NCBI GenBank assembly: GCA_965235115.1
Contig: OZ249436.1
Coordinates: 29,638,001-29,702,000, forward strand
Direction: 5' to 3'
DNA length: 64,000 nucleotides
Source of the DNA: Laetmonice hystrix
Taxonomy: Eukaryota
The translations under genes were made by a program, and so were the position numbers. The notes under the pieces are model-generated. The model saw only the letters and a list, made by a program, of their open reading frames with translations, was not told the DNA's origin and made no database searches. Below are positions 52,034 through 63,931 of the stretch, in pieces (position 1 is the first letter of the stretch; each line of letters starts with the position of its first letter).

Positions 52034-54376
52034 TTAAACACAGTTGTGGCATGTGAAAGTGTCATCGTCCATGATGCCACACTCTTCGCCACAAGATTCG
52101 TGGAACCAAGTACCACATGGATTGCACTTTATCCAATCATCACTGGTCTTTGGATCGTTGGAGCAGGCAAATGTTACACCACAATGGCCACATTTATCAC
52201 TATCTAAAGACTGAGCAGTTTCCTTTTTCTGTCGTTTTGTACATGTTTTTTTTGTGGTAGAGTTTACCTTGCGTTGCTTTGGTGCCTTACGTTGCTTTTT
52301 TATCGCCTTGGTGGCAGTGACTACCTTTGTGACTTCAATAGACTTTCTATATGGTGAACTGGTTATAATTTCTGAATGTGCAACTCTACGTTTCTTTACT
52401 GGTCTGTCATTAGATTTGAGAGCAGCCTGCATAGGTATTCCAATAATTTCCTCGAAGGAAACTTCCGATATGTTTTCATCATCAGTTGACAGATGGGTAT
52501 TAACCTGATCACCTGTTATAATACCAGTTGAAGGCTGTGGAAGAGTTGGTACTTCGACAGCAGTATTAGCCAGTGTCGATGGCTGGGGAATGTCCTGGAA
52601 AGCTGACACAGTTTCAGTTGATGGCTGCGGAGCAGCCAGGAAACTTGTAGCAATACGCCTACTAGCCAAGGCTGTTGGCTGAGGAGTAACCTGGACAGCA
52701 GTCACAATACTCATTGATGGTTGGGGACCAATTTCAACAGCTATTGGGGTATTCAAGAGTGGAAGGGGATCAGCTTGGATGTCCTTGGCAGTGCTCCTTG
52801 GCAGGTGAGGATGAGCCTGGACATCAGATCCACTTGATGATGGCTGCGGATTAGCCTGGACATCAGATCCACTTGATGATGGCTGCGGATGAGCCTGGAC
52901 ATCAGATCCACTTGATGATGGCTGCGGATTAGCCTGGACATCAGATCCACTTGATGATGGCTGCGGATTAGCCTGGACATCAGATCCACTTGATGATGGC
53001 TGCGGATTAGCCTGGACATCAGGTCCACTTGATGATGGCTGCGGATTAGCCTGGACATCAGATCCACTTGATGAGGGCTGCGGATTAGCCTGGACATCAG
53101 GTCCACTTGATGATGGCTGCGGATTAGCCTGGACATCTTGGGCAGGGGTATCAGTTGTAGCAGCCGCAGCATAGTCTTCATCGGAGAAAACATGACGGTT
53201 GAAAGGATTAATTCCAGTCTTGCGGTAACCTATTGCATTTTTCAATGTGGCTGCTTTTTCATATGCTGTTCTGAAGAGTGATGCAATTTGGAATTCTGTC
53301 ACGGCCCGGCCAGGGTGTTGTCGTAGCCATGTTTGGACTTCCTGACTGTAAAATGTATTCACAGCCTTAAACACGCCAACATCAAGCGGCTGGAGCCGGT
53401 GGGTGCAATGAGAAGGTAGTGACAGAATGATCACATTGTTGCTTCTTGCCTTTAGAATGAGGTCTAGATTTTTTGTGTGGCTGCTGTGGCCATCTAGGAT
53501 TAGAAGGACTGGCTGAGGGCGATGAATTGGTTGAACCATGGTTAGAAAATGCTCAAACCATTCGAGGAATAGTTGCTCATTGATCCATCCCGATTTATTT
53601 GAGTTTCCTATGCTGCCAGGAGGTGCCCCATCAAGTAGTTCTGGTTTCATTCGTACCCGAGGAAATATGAACATTGGCGGCACATAAACACCTGTGGCTG
53701 ACACACATGCTACCACGGTTACAGTCTTTCCCTTTTCAGCACTTGTCAAAGCAGCGACTCCAGACTTCCCCTTTTTAGCAAGAATCTTTCCAGGCTTGTG
53801 GCATATAGTGAACCCAGATTCGTCAACATTAAAAATATTTCCTTCTGGGATAATTCTCTTGCCACTCGGGTCAAACATAGTGCTGCCCAAGAGATCCATA
53901 AAAGTTTCAACCTTTGCTTTGTTGAATCCGATGGCTCTTTGTATAGATGTTGGTTCTGGCATGCGGACACTTATTTCTTGATGGCGTTTCAGGAATCCTG
54001 CAAACCAATCCTTCCCGGCCATCTTGTTTTTATGGTTAAAAGGGTGGTCAATTTTGTTTCTCTCACAGAAGATATAGACGTAATGTCTGACATCATCTCG
54101 TGTGAGCCCGAAGAGCCTACTTTCCATGTCCAATACAACATTTTTTAATTCTTCCTCCTGTATTTCTGATAAGATTGGTTTGCGGCCTAGTCTCTTTGCT
54201 ACGCCATCACCTGAACGAACCTTCCCCAAATGCCTTCTTAGTGTCTGCCGTGGCACATTATTGACGCGGCTTGCATATTTCTCTGATTTTTTGTACATAA
54301 TCACATCCCTGACTGCAGCCTGCATGTCCGTAAGACTCCATGTGGCCCTTACGTTCTTTTTGGTGAATTTTGGCAT
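52034..54376 (-). CDS. pogo/Tigger-like transposase, 780 aa: HTH_psq-like, CENP-B-type HTH, DDE_1 (DD36D), tandem-repeat linker and PHD finger
   Basis: N-terminal WSLTDMQAAV...VPRQTLRRH; AGKDWFAGFLKRH; catalytic IFNVDESG / LILDGHSSH / LQPLD with 36 residues between the 2nd and 3rd Asp. The C-terminal CGHC...WIKCNPCGTWFHESC...FTCHNC is a C4HC3 PHD finger. Confidence 0.95.
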   Translation of the reverse strand: MPKFTKKNVRATWSLTDMQAAVRDVIMYKKSEKYASRVNNVPRQTLRRHLGKVRSGDGVAKRLGRKPILSEIQEEELKNVVLDMESRLFGLTRDDVRHYVYIFCERNKIDHPFNHKNKMAGKDWFAGFLKRHQEISVRMPEPTSIQRAIGFNKAKVETFMDLLGSTMFDPSGKRIIPEGNIFNVDESGFTICHKPGKILAKKGKSGVAALTSAEKGKTVTVVACVSATGVYVPPMFIFPRVRMKPELLDGAPPGSIGNSNKSGWINEQLFLEWFEHFLTMVQPIHRPQPVLLILDGHSSHTKNLDLILKARSNNVIILSLPSHCTHRLQPLDVGVFKAVNTFYSQEVQTWLRQHPGRAVTEFQIASLFRTAYEKAATLKNAIGYRKTGINPFNRHVFSDEDYAAAATTDTPAQDVQANPQPSSSGPDVQANPQPSSSGSDVQANPQPSSSGPDVQANPQPSSSGSDVQANPQPSSSGSDVQANPQPSSSGSDVQAHPQPSSSGSDVQANPQPSSSGSDVQAHPHLPRSTAKDIQADPLPLLNTPIAVEIGPQPSMSIVTAVQVTPQPTALASRRIATSFLAAPQPSTETVSAFQDIPQPSTLANTAVEVPTLPQPSTGIITGDQVNTHLSTDDENISEVSFEEIIGIPMQAALKSNDRPVKKRRVAHSEIITSSPYRKSIEVTKVVTATKAIKKQRKAPKQRKVNSTTKKTCTKRQKKETAQSLDSDKCGHCGVTFACSNDPKTSDDWIKCNPCGTWFHESCGEECGIMDDDTFTCHNCV
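52812..53137 (-). repeat. In-frame 39-bp minisatellite encoding 8+ copies of DVQA(N/H)PQPSSSG(S/P)
   Basis: The unit GGACATCAGATCCACTTGATGATGGCTGCGGATTAGCCT (plus strand) repeats with very few substitutions. Confidence 0.95.
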
Positions 54377-57052
54377 CTAAAAGTGAAACAAACAAATTAA
54401 TGTTTTTCAAAATTTAACATTCCACAGAAAGCTAGGGCCTAATTTTTCAGTTGCTCACTTTAGAAATCTCGAGAACTAAAAGGAAGGGGCGACCATGTGC
54501 CCGCCATGCCTTCCCCTAATTATTAAGTCTGCCATTGGGAATGGTAATATGAGCAGCGTGCTGGGTAATATGAGCACCCTGCTCATATTACCTTCATCAA
54601 GTGGTGCTCATATTACCCAAGCGGTAAGACTTCAAGATACTTGTGCCAGTGAAGAAATATGGTGGAAAACACCTATTATCGCCCAATGACCTTAAGAACA
54701 ACATCCTCTTTCCCAAATTTACCTTAACACTGAGGCCGTATTCTTATTTCATTGGAAGCAGAACAGCTTCATTGAAAAGTATACATTATAGGAATATTAC
54801 CGTAAAACCGTATAACAGTCAGCGCGAAAAAAGGGCACTTATGCCGTCAGATTGCCACGTGACCTCCTCAAAAGTAAACACTAGGTGGCGGCACATTAAT
54901 CACTTTACATACGTCATAGGAGGGGTGCCCATATTCCCCGCCATGCTCATAATACCCGACCTTACCCTAATTAGGGCGTATCTATTAGGGACTAATTCTT
55001 TTTTTTAAGGGGGGGGGGTCGAGGCAACTCGGAAACCACCCTGGCTACCCTCTTGGCGTAGGGGCATTAGGCTACCTCCGCTAGGGGGGGGGGGGGGCGT
55101 CTATAAACTAGGCCTAGGCCTACAGGCCATATGGGGGGGTGCGCCGTCCGTTTACCAATCTTTAGATCTAGATCTAGGCCTATAGGTTGCCCAGGCTTCC
55201 ATAAATTAAGCCTAACGCTCAGGGGGTGGCAGAAGGTGTACATGTGTTGTACTGAGATTCTAAGCCGTTACGGGGAGTGTGCGTGTCAGATTTTGGTCAG
55301 AATAGGCCTATGGGGGGGGGGGGGGGGGTGCGCCGTCCGTTTTTTATCCGGGCTTAATCTTTATGTCTATAAACTTGTGCATAGGCCTAAACCATATGTA
55401 TAGGGTAGGCATATATGGTGTATGCGCCGTCCGTTTGACACCAACAGGGCGGGCCTAGAGAGTCTATTAGGCTGTTATGTTTTTTAAATGATTTATTTCG
55501 TTTATTTACCCTGGAAAAGTTTTCGGTACAGTGACAAGTAGAGTCTACAGGTTTCCAAAACCGTCCTAGCATTGGCAAGATACAGTCCATAAATTGACAT
55601 TCATAGAAGTTATAAGAGTAGACCTAATAACATTTACAGGAATAGTCTGTGTATCAGGATGTGTGACCATAAATGATTTAATGACATGATTGAGATGTAT
55701 TGAGTAAGCTGAGTAACAGGACTTGTAGTTAGAACCAGGCGGACAAGAAGGTTGATACCATGCCAGAGTCATCAGAGCCCTGCTGATGAAGCCCTGACCT
55801 TGGCAGGTCCGAAACATGTAGGCCAAAGTAATTTTTTTAAATCACACCTCTCACGCAACTGTCTTCCTTCCGGATTTTTGTGTAAACACCTCAAATGCCA
55901 GAGTCAGTTCAAAGGTAATGCAGGCACTTAGACCTCAGTATCCTTAATTTTCTGAGCACCTTTAAAACTTCTAATATTGGGAATCATTATTACGTGGGCA
56001 TCTATAAGTCTATATCAGTCTTGATAATACAGCTGAACCCCACTATAATCTTTATATGACGGTTAGTAGACATACAGCCTGATAAAAAATATTTAATTCA
56101 AATCTGATGAGGGCGCATTGAGATATGCGACCCCCAAAACACCAAATTTTACATTTTGACCGACTTGAGCGCCACCTATACTCTCACGCCTTCATTATCC
56201 CACATTACTTTTAAGTGGCATAGTATTGGGCTTGCTAATGGAATCATATCGTTCATAAACTAAAGGGCGCAGTCCACAAATGCCTCAAATATAAGCGTCA
56301 ATTCAGCAAAAAGTAGCGTTTTGCAGCGCCCCCTATAGGTGGCGCCCTCAACTGCCCACCGAAATTTGGCAATTTTCCCGAACTCCTCCGATTGCAGATT
56401 GACATCAATCAAAATGAAGCTGGGCAATCATTGGCGCATTTAGATATTCCAATTTCAAAAGCTAATTTTGTAAGAAGTCAAAGTTTGGCCCTCAAAAAAC
56501 TGACCCTTCTGGAGGCTCTAGAAAAAAACCGTTGGGTTTAGGGACCTAGAAATTGGGGATTTTCCTATCTACCAATAACCTTTTCACCAAAAATAATTTC
56601 AGGCAAATCTGAGGGGGTCATCACACTCCAATGGTAATCCACCTGAATCTTTAAAAAATCGACTCTTAAAGGTAACCGACACCAAGCCCAAACATTTTAG
56701 GTCTAGTGACTCGCATATCAATTATTTGGTCACTGGACACTACATAAACTTGGAAAAGTCAATTCTTTCATTTAATATGAAAACTAAAAAAAACACATAT
56801 TTAGGCCCTATTATCTTTAAAAGCATCCCTTTACATTTCCTTAAATTCGATTCAGCCTATGCCCAGCGAGTACCGGTACTAGAATATAGGCCAAAGCAAT
56901 TATAGTATACCCTTGAGACCAATTAATTCTACATCCCGTTCCACGGCAAATCGAATTTTCACACAATGTAAAATTAAAGATAATGATCACAGGGAAAGAT
57001 TGCGCACTCATGGCGACCGTATGTCGACCCAAACAGACCTTGGATCTGCCTT

Positions 57053-57140
57053 GAAGGTCCGAGTTCAGATCGCCTCGAAGGTCCGAGTTCAAACCGCCTC
57101 GAAGGTCCGAGTTCAGACCGCCTCGAAGGTCCGAGTTCAA
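57053..57140. repeat. 24-bp tandem repeat (GAAGGTCCGAGTTCAGACCGCCTC), about 4 copies
   Basis: Directly visible. Confidence 0.85.
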
Positions 57141-57543
57141 AGCTCCCATAACTTGGTATTCCGAGTGAATCACAGAACCGTATACTTGCATGTATCTGTC
57201 ATTTCACCTTTCTATATTGGAATTCGCGGGAACATTGCACTGAGCAGACTGGTCCATCATGATATAGGCCAACTTGGTCATTTCAGTCTACCGAAACACC
57301 TTCAAGATATTAAGTCATGGTTGTTTCCTGCTCCCACATTCTGAAAATAAAATGGTTTTAATGACCTCTGTCTCAAAATGTTCACAACTAAAAAGGTTCA
57401 ACCACTTAGAAGATATTAACAGGTTTATATATTATAAACGATTCAAACATGTTTATATATTATGTAACATCTTATTTCTATAAAGTAGAAACATCAGACG
57501 GTGTGAACAATAAAACCAGGGGAAGACGGCAATATGAATAATA

Positions 57544-58341
57544 GAGTAACACGGGGCAAGACGCCCACCCGGGGTAAAAGGCCCAGTCCCTATATCTGCC
57601 ATCTGGTGCATAATGCAAACATGTTTGGAACATGATACAGGTCCTGCCATCTGTCGTTTCATTCTTCTGAATTTCCAGGTAGGCGTCATTACACGTTAAA
57701 ATTTTATGCGCATTTTTTGTATTTTGTGTCATTTCTTGTAAAATCGAGGGGTAGAAACATAGTTAACCTGTTCCATAAAGTGCTCAAGTTGTTTCTGAAA
57801 TGGAATAGATGTATTGTTTTGAATGTTGTCTTTGAGTTTAGATCAGATTCTGAGGAGAGTAATGGGGTCATAATGAGAGACTCTACGTCATTCGTCATGA
57901 TATCCTCTGGGGCAAAAAGCCCACAATGTGTTGGGACCAGTGTGGGCCTTTTGCCTCACTATAGGGGCCTTTTGCCCCAGTGATGGTGTTAAGGACTTCG
58001 GATTAATGGTTTTCTCATAATCTATTACTTTCATATGGTTTTCGGCATAAAAACAACTTTTAACTTATTCGGAAGCGTTATTTTTAAAAAATAGAAGGGT
58101 GGGCGTTTTACCCCTGGGAGGTGGGCCGTTTGCCTCGGCGTTGGGGCAAAAGGCCCTTTTTGGAGAAAATATTTCATTGACTCCCATGAACAGACGTATC
58201 ATTGTTTCTAAGATTTAATGCATCCGATTTCTAGGAATAAGCATTCACATTTCCCCTATATGCAATTCAATCAAAAGAAGTGATTATTTAGTGTGCTATG
58301 AGCAAAGCTGCTTAAGGTGGGCGTCTTGCCCCATGTTACTC
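57544..58341. mobile_element. Non-autonomous Tc1/mariner-pogo-type element (798 bp) with TA TSD
   Basis: The ends read ta|GAGTAACACGGGGCAAGACGCCCACC ... GGTGGGCGTCTTGCCCCATGTTACTC|ta. Internal GGGGCAAAAGGCCC-like repeats are present and there is no transposase ORF. Confidence 0.88.
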
Positions 58342-58363
58342 TATCTCCCTGACAGACGAGGCG

Positions 58364-58724
58364 CTACCTCCGACTGTTGATCCTAGACAGGGACTCTCGT
58401 ACACGGTGTTCTTGTATTAGGATACCCTGAGACCTGAATGTAGCGAGAACACTTCGATATCCCATCCTGAGGCGAGACTGGGACATCATCTCTATGATCT
58501 TCTCATCCAAACACTTGTTAGTCATCATCGTGTATTTATCAGACGCTTTCACTCCAATGTCTCTGCAGAGTAAAATAGTAAAAATGTTCTATTTTAGAGC
58601 ATGTGGAACACAGAATTTTACATGTCAAGTGCAGAGAGAGCGAGAGCGAGCGAAAGCGAGAGAGAGAGAGCGAGAGAGAGACAGAGAGAGAGAGAGACAG
58701 AGACAGAGAGAGAGAGACAGAGAC

Positions 58725-58796
<72 letters not shown>

Positions 58797-59954
58797 GGTG
58801 TGTGTGTGTGTATGTGTTGTGCATTCATACAGAAGAAACAAAAGAGTGCACTTAAAAAGACCTGTTTAGACCAACCTGAGTCTACGCTTGACGATCAAAT
58901 CGCTCACACCCAACAGTCTGGATATCTTAGACGTACTGAAGTTCAGGGATAAAAACGCTACAAGTTGAGAATCCGTCACATTCAGCTCTTCTTGAAATAC
59001 AGGTTCTCCCTGAATAATTAGAAGAATCATTGTCTAAAATGCATTTTTTCGAATTCTTCTTTCATCAGCTTAGGGTAGCCAATAACGTGTATGCAAAAAA
59101 TGGGGTAATTGACCACCTAAAAATATAGGCTAAGAAATAGGTCATCGTCCCAAAATCTAGTTTTTACAGGTCAAAAGCCTTACAAAATAGGGTTAAACAT
59201 TGTATAGGCAAGTGGAAACTACCGTTAAAGACCAATCATTTTCAAACCCCGAGCCATCACGACTTCAAACATAATTTTAAAAACACTACACACTGATGTA
59301 TAAAGTAGCTAGGTAGAAATCTAAGTCCCAAGTGAAAATGATTCGGAAAGGAACTCTCGGAACTATACATTGACCGATTTTTTGTACTGGGTGTGCTCGG
59401 GAGGTAAATTCTGATACAAAATAGGTTTTTATAGGTTTTATAGGTCATTTAAAAAAATAGACTTGATTTTCAAATGTAGGTTTTTATAGTTTTTTTTAGG
59501 TTTCACTGGGAGGCCTGCTAGGTACGCGGCGAACATTAATTGTGTGCCTTCATTTTTGCTGTGCATAGACTCTATACTATTATAGGCAAACTGTACATGA
59601 TCTCAGTGGTTCATTTCCAGAGGTCACATAAATGTAACCAGTGTTGCTATTTTGAACGATGCGGCGGCGCTGCACGTTACGTTTACCCACCTGTGGGAAG
59701 TCACAGTTTGGTTCCGTCTTCACGACCGCCGTAGGAACGCCCAGCTGGTCCAGCAGCTGTTGTTTATATTCGCATAACTGAGCGAACATGCCAGGTATGG
59801 ACGGCAGTTCAGGTATCTGTTCGGCCTCCTGAAGGGTAGAGTCGATCAAGTTCACAGCAATCTCCACGTTATCCCTTGTGGGACAGCGCAAGGCCAACTT
59901 CGCCTTCGCATCCACAACGTCGGCATCTTTAAAGAAGCGCTTGAAACGGGATTC
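58364..59954 (-). CDS. Three-exon transposase-derived HTH module (IS3EU/integrase-core-type N-terminus) lacking the catalytic domain; exons 59954-59691, 59009-58876, 58562-58364; 198 aa
   Basis: The GT-AG introns are phase-compatible (0, then 2) and the frame is open. It encodes LNVTDSQLVAFLSLNFSTSKISRLLGVSDLIVKRRLR (HTH) and YTMMTNKCLDEKII...MGYRSVLATFRSQGILIQEHRVRESLSRI, which resemble motifs preceding the PNxLWHxDG catalytic region of these transposases. The stop codon follows immediately. The family assignment is from motif recall. Confidence 0.72.
58633..58816. repeat. (GA)n/(GACA)n then (GT)n microsatellite in an intron of the HTH module
   Basis: Directly visible. Confidence 0.96.
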
Positions 59955-60949
59955 CTGGAACAAACGAAAGGGCACAACAATTACCCTATAAGTCCAAGTA
60001 GGCCTACACATTAAAAGAATGACCGCAAAAATTTAAAATCGCCTACATTTTCCGCACGTTTTACAGGAACTCATCCAGTTAAATAAAAATAATTACAGAT
60101 CTGAAAAGGGAAAAGTTTATAGGTGGCATAATTATCGTTATCTCACTAATTAGCCACTGCCCATCGAGTGAATTTTAAATTACATTGTACAGGCATTATT
60201 CATAAATATCCCTGTCAACTACAGGAAGGTTACAGAATATCTTTTAATAAGGGGGATATGATAAAATGCCAACGTCCTCTTTTAATACAATACCTTATTG
60301 CTCCGACTGAGCCACCTAGCCACCTAGTGGCATATTTGATAACTACGACCATCCTATGCTGGATCATGGGAACTGACGTCTATAAATAGCACATCGACCG
60401 TTAGCATGCCCCCTTATCACCCAATGCAGGCCGAGACTGTCGCTATACGTGAAATTCATTCAAAATGTTCACGCAGTTTTACTTGCAGGTAGCCGAATTC
60501 GGAGCTTTTTGCGGTTAGAAAAAATCTGACCACGAGGTTTGTGTCAATAAATATGTGGATCCGTTATGCGGGAAATCCATTAATGATTTACGTTATAGTA
60601 TTTCCAGTCTAAAAGCAAATACTGCAGGTTCTACTAAATTGTTAATGGAAACATAAATGTGTAGCTATAAAAACCTGGACTGAAGCACAATGTGCAGTCA
60701 TTTCTAATCTTGTCTTTAATTTCAAGTGGTACAATATGCAAATATACTAAATGGTGCCCTGGCGATTTTGTTATCGAAAGAACGGGTCAACAAACGCAGA
60801 GAACCACGAAGTACACCAAGATAGGCGCCCGTATACGTCCCTCACTGATATCGGATATAGGTTCCCGTTAAGTTGGAATATCATCTATTGTACGAATTAC
60901 TGTCTATTAATTAATTCCTTAACTTTTAAGGGAGGGGGGGGGGTGGTGA

Positions 60950-61110
60950 AATATAACATATTGCTGACTATATAGACTGACTGCACGGGAAGGGGGGGGG
61001 GGGTGAAATATAGCCTAACATATTGCTGACTCGTATAGGCTGACTGCACGGGGGGATATAACATATTGCTGACTAGTAGGCCAATAGGCTGACTGCACGG
61101 GGAGGGGGAC
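60950..61110. repeat. Imperfect 50-60-bp tandem repeat, 3 copies (AACATATTGCTGACT...GCTGACTGCACGGG)
   Basis: Directly visible. Confidence 0.8.
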
Positions 61111-61739
61111 ATTATACAAATATGGCACTTGGTTAAGTTCAATATGAAAATTTATGGGACGTTGGCAACTGATGGCGGAGTGGGGGGGGGGGGGGTCCGG
61201 CGAGTCCCCGGTAAAAGTGTAAAAACCTACGTTGGCCCCGAGCAGAGCCCCCCCCCCCCCGGATCCGTGCCTGAAAAAGTCTGTGGCAGCTCTCCGAATG
61301 TCTGAACGCATGAACAACTAATAATAACGTAAGATCGACATTATATCTTTATTACCGTTTAATTCTCTGCATAAGGTTGGAAAGATGCTCTAGTATAGAG
61401 ACTACACTGTTTTGACGAACTATCTCCACGGCTAATGTACATGACCTCGACGCAGAAGGAAGGGTCATGACAGACCTCCAAACTGGGTAACTTGATACGT
61501 GACTTATCAATGGCAAACACAGAGTGTAACAGTTTCTGATGACCTCCCGGGGCACGAAGGGTCGTTCAGTATGCCTCATGAAATATCTCAAGTTCCTCTC
61601 AAGCCTCTATCACTTCAAGTGTCATGAAAATCACACCGAAAGTCAAAGATGATCACTGGACAAGAGAAATTAGCAGTCCTTGAAACATTCTCTAAGGCTT
61701 TCCCATAACATTATGGTAAAACTATGATAGGCCTATTAA

Positions 61740-62069
61740 AGGGAATAGAAAAGTATCAATATAAGGGTGTTAACAAGCTTGTTCTTACCTACAATTCTGT
61801 GATTATCTGTTCTTTAATAAAGGAATAATCAACCGAAATGTAGAGACATTCTCTCGCTGGCTTCGTCGGTTTGTTTACCCTATTTGGCCCTTATCTCAAT
61901 CTATTAATAGATATAGCTCCCGCTGTCGCGTGGGAAATAGCGAATGACCAGGGCGATATTTCTAAAAAGTCGCCGTTGACAGTGTTCCACTTACCGGTGT
62001 GACCTTAGACACTTTATATGGTGTTACTGGTGTTCAAAGGTACGTTAGTGAGGAACTTTTCTATTCCCT
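61740..62069. mobile_element. 330-bp non-autonomous element with TTAA TSD and AGG-starting TIRs (Kolobok-like)
   Basis: The ends read ttaa|AGGGAATAGAAAAGT ... ACTTTTCTATTCCCT|ttaa, a perfect 15-bp TIR. Confidence 0.78.
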
Positions 62070-63067
62070 TTAATGTTTCATTCTTGTAGCTATTTTTGAT
62101 GGCATGTGAATATGAACGCCACAGTGAATCCTCAATACCCACTGGAAAGGAACACTGCAGGAAACGTCAAATCTGAAGTAGTGGAAACGAACTTATAGAA
62201 ATACATGTAATACAGCCCCCGACTCACTTTTGTTAGTTTTCACCCATTCCCGCCCCTCCCCCCACTGTCACCTTTGACGACCTGACCCGGTTTCAGAAAG
62301 ATACAATTGGAAGAATCGAACTTTCGAACGGCTTTTGAATCTTTTGAGAGGCATTATATAGTTAAATGCAACAAAATGGGGGGAGAACCGTCGTCTTGCC
62401 CAAGAAATGACATAACTTCCAATGGGGTCACTTGGGGCCACGCCCCCTCTACAATATTTAACTACTGAATTCCGGTGTACACCGAAATTCGCTTTGGGGG
62501 CAGCCTGATATGATGACCGGCCAATCAACGCCATTTTCAGAATAGAAATATTTATTTCAGACTTCTTTACGCTATCATATAAGAAAAACGGAAAGTCACT
62601 CGAAAATTGTGTCCTTTAAGTTAAGCTCTGTTGAGGGCCTCTCATTTGTTGGTTGAAGCTGATCAGCAGAGGACCAGCCAATCAGAAGTCCTAAGCAGAG
62701 TTTAAGTTAAGATGCTCACCTTGATGAAACCGGACCCAGATCTCTTCCCAATTCCCAGTTAATTTTCCACATCAGCTGCCATATTAAACTACGAAGACGT
62801 CTTTTTTTCAAATTAGCTCAAATGTAAGCCACATAGAACTTTCAGACCTAGTGGTCCTACAATTTGAAATGCCACTTTCTATGGGAGTTGTCTGTGTTTT
62901 TTTGCACCCGAACGTGCATGTTTGGGATGACATACTACTGAAACAAACTCGGCTTGAAACAAAGGCCGCACGACTTCACATAATTCACTTTCTTTTACAA
63001 ACGTGCACAATGTTAATGATTCCCAGTTCGTCAAAACCCGGTATATTTAGTGTTTATGCAAATCTGC

Positions 63068-63379
<312 letters not shown>

Positions 63380-63649
63380 TCAGAACTCCGCGCAACAGGT
63401 CGACACTACCGACCAAACAAAACCTAATCTAGTCTTCACAACGTCAATGGACTGCAAGCATCACCTGCCTATACACAGCCAACCCCATGGTCCAATACAG
63501 CGATGTTCCAACCATAACTCACCCAGGTAACATGGAGGCAACACATATCAATTATTATTCTAAAAATGCAACAAAAGCACTGCCGTGCAATTATGAGTGG
63601 GCCCACTCAAAACACCCCTCCGTTTCCACACATGAGCACCGCGCATTAT

Positions 63650-63931
63650 TTAGTGCCAACGGTCTGCTTCCGGGTGATGTTTTAATATGTGTGCCTTGAG
63701 GTGCACTTTCTGTGTTGATGCATAATCACAAGAAGGACACAGAAAGGGCTTCTCTCCTGTGTGAGTTCTATGATGACGAAGCAGATTGCTCCGCTTTGTA
63801 AAGCACTTTGCACACACCGAACACTGGAAGTGAGTTCCGCTGAATTCACTTTGAGTATCACTATCCAAAACCGGTTGTTGATTCATTGACTGTGTCGAAA
63901 GATGGCCACTTGCTATGATCGATGCCGCCAT
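63650..63931 (-). CDS. Terminal exon encoding a C2H2 zinc-finger pair (cassette ZF-A)
   Basis: Phase-0 acceptor tttatttgacctgttacag|ATG. It encodes [52 protein letters not shown] and then a stop. Confidence 0.85.
   Translation of the reverse strand: MAASIIASGHLSTQSMNQQPVLDSDTQSEFSGTHFQCSVCAKCFTKRSNLLRHHRTHTGEKPFLCPSCDYASTQKVHLKAHILKHHPEADRWH

Larger units (their letters stand above)
50939..54967 (-). mobile_element. Full-length autonomous pogo-type (IS630-Tc1-mariner group) DNA transposon, 4029 bp
   Basis: Perfect 24-bp TIRs (GGGTAAGGTCGGGTATTATGAGCA) with TA on both sides (50937-38, 54968-69). Subterminal GGTAATATGAGCA/TGCTCATATTACC repeats lie at about 51125-51180 and 54543-54620. It contains an uninterrupted transposase ORF. 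Confidence 0.95.

Noticed and set aside
52812..53137. CRISPR-like array (also 57053-57140)
   Set aside because: These are head-to-tail repeats with no unique spacers or cas genes, in a eukaryotic context.
52753..53193. Overlapping ORF with MSRLIRSHHQVDL repeats
   Set aside because: It is an alternative frame of the 39-bp minisatellite, open only because the unit lacks a stop in that frame.
59955..60011. ATG at 60011 as the start of the HTH module
   Set aside because: The segment reads as a pyrimidine tract plus CAG acceptor. It is not fully excluded, but a spliced entry at 59954 looks more likely.
61780..62000. Minus-strand donors near 61788 and 61994 as first exons of the HTH module
   Set aside because: Both lie inside the 61740-62069 TTAA element, and I found no ATG giving a phase-0 junction.
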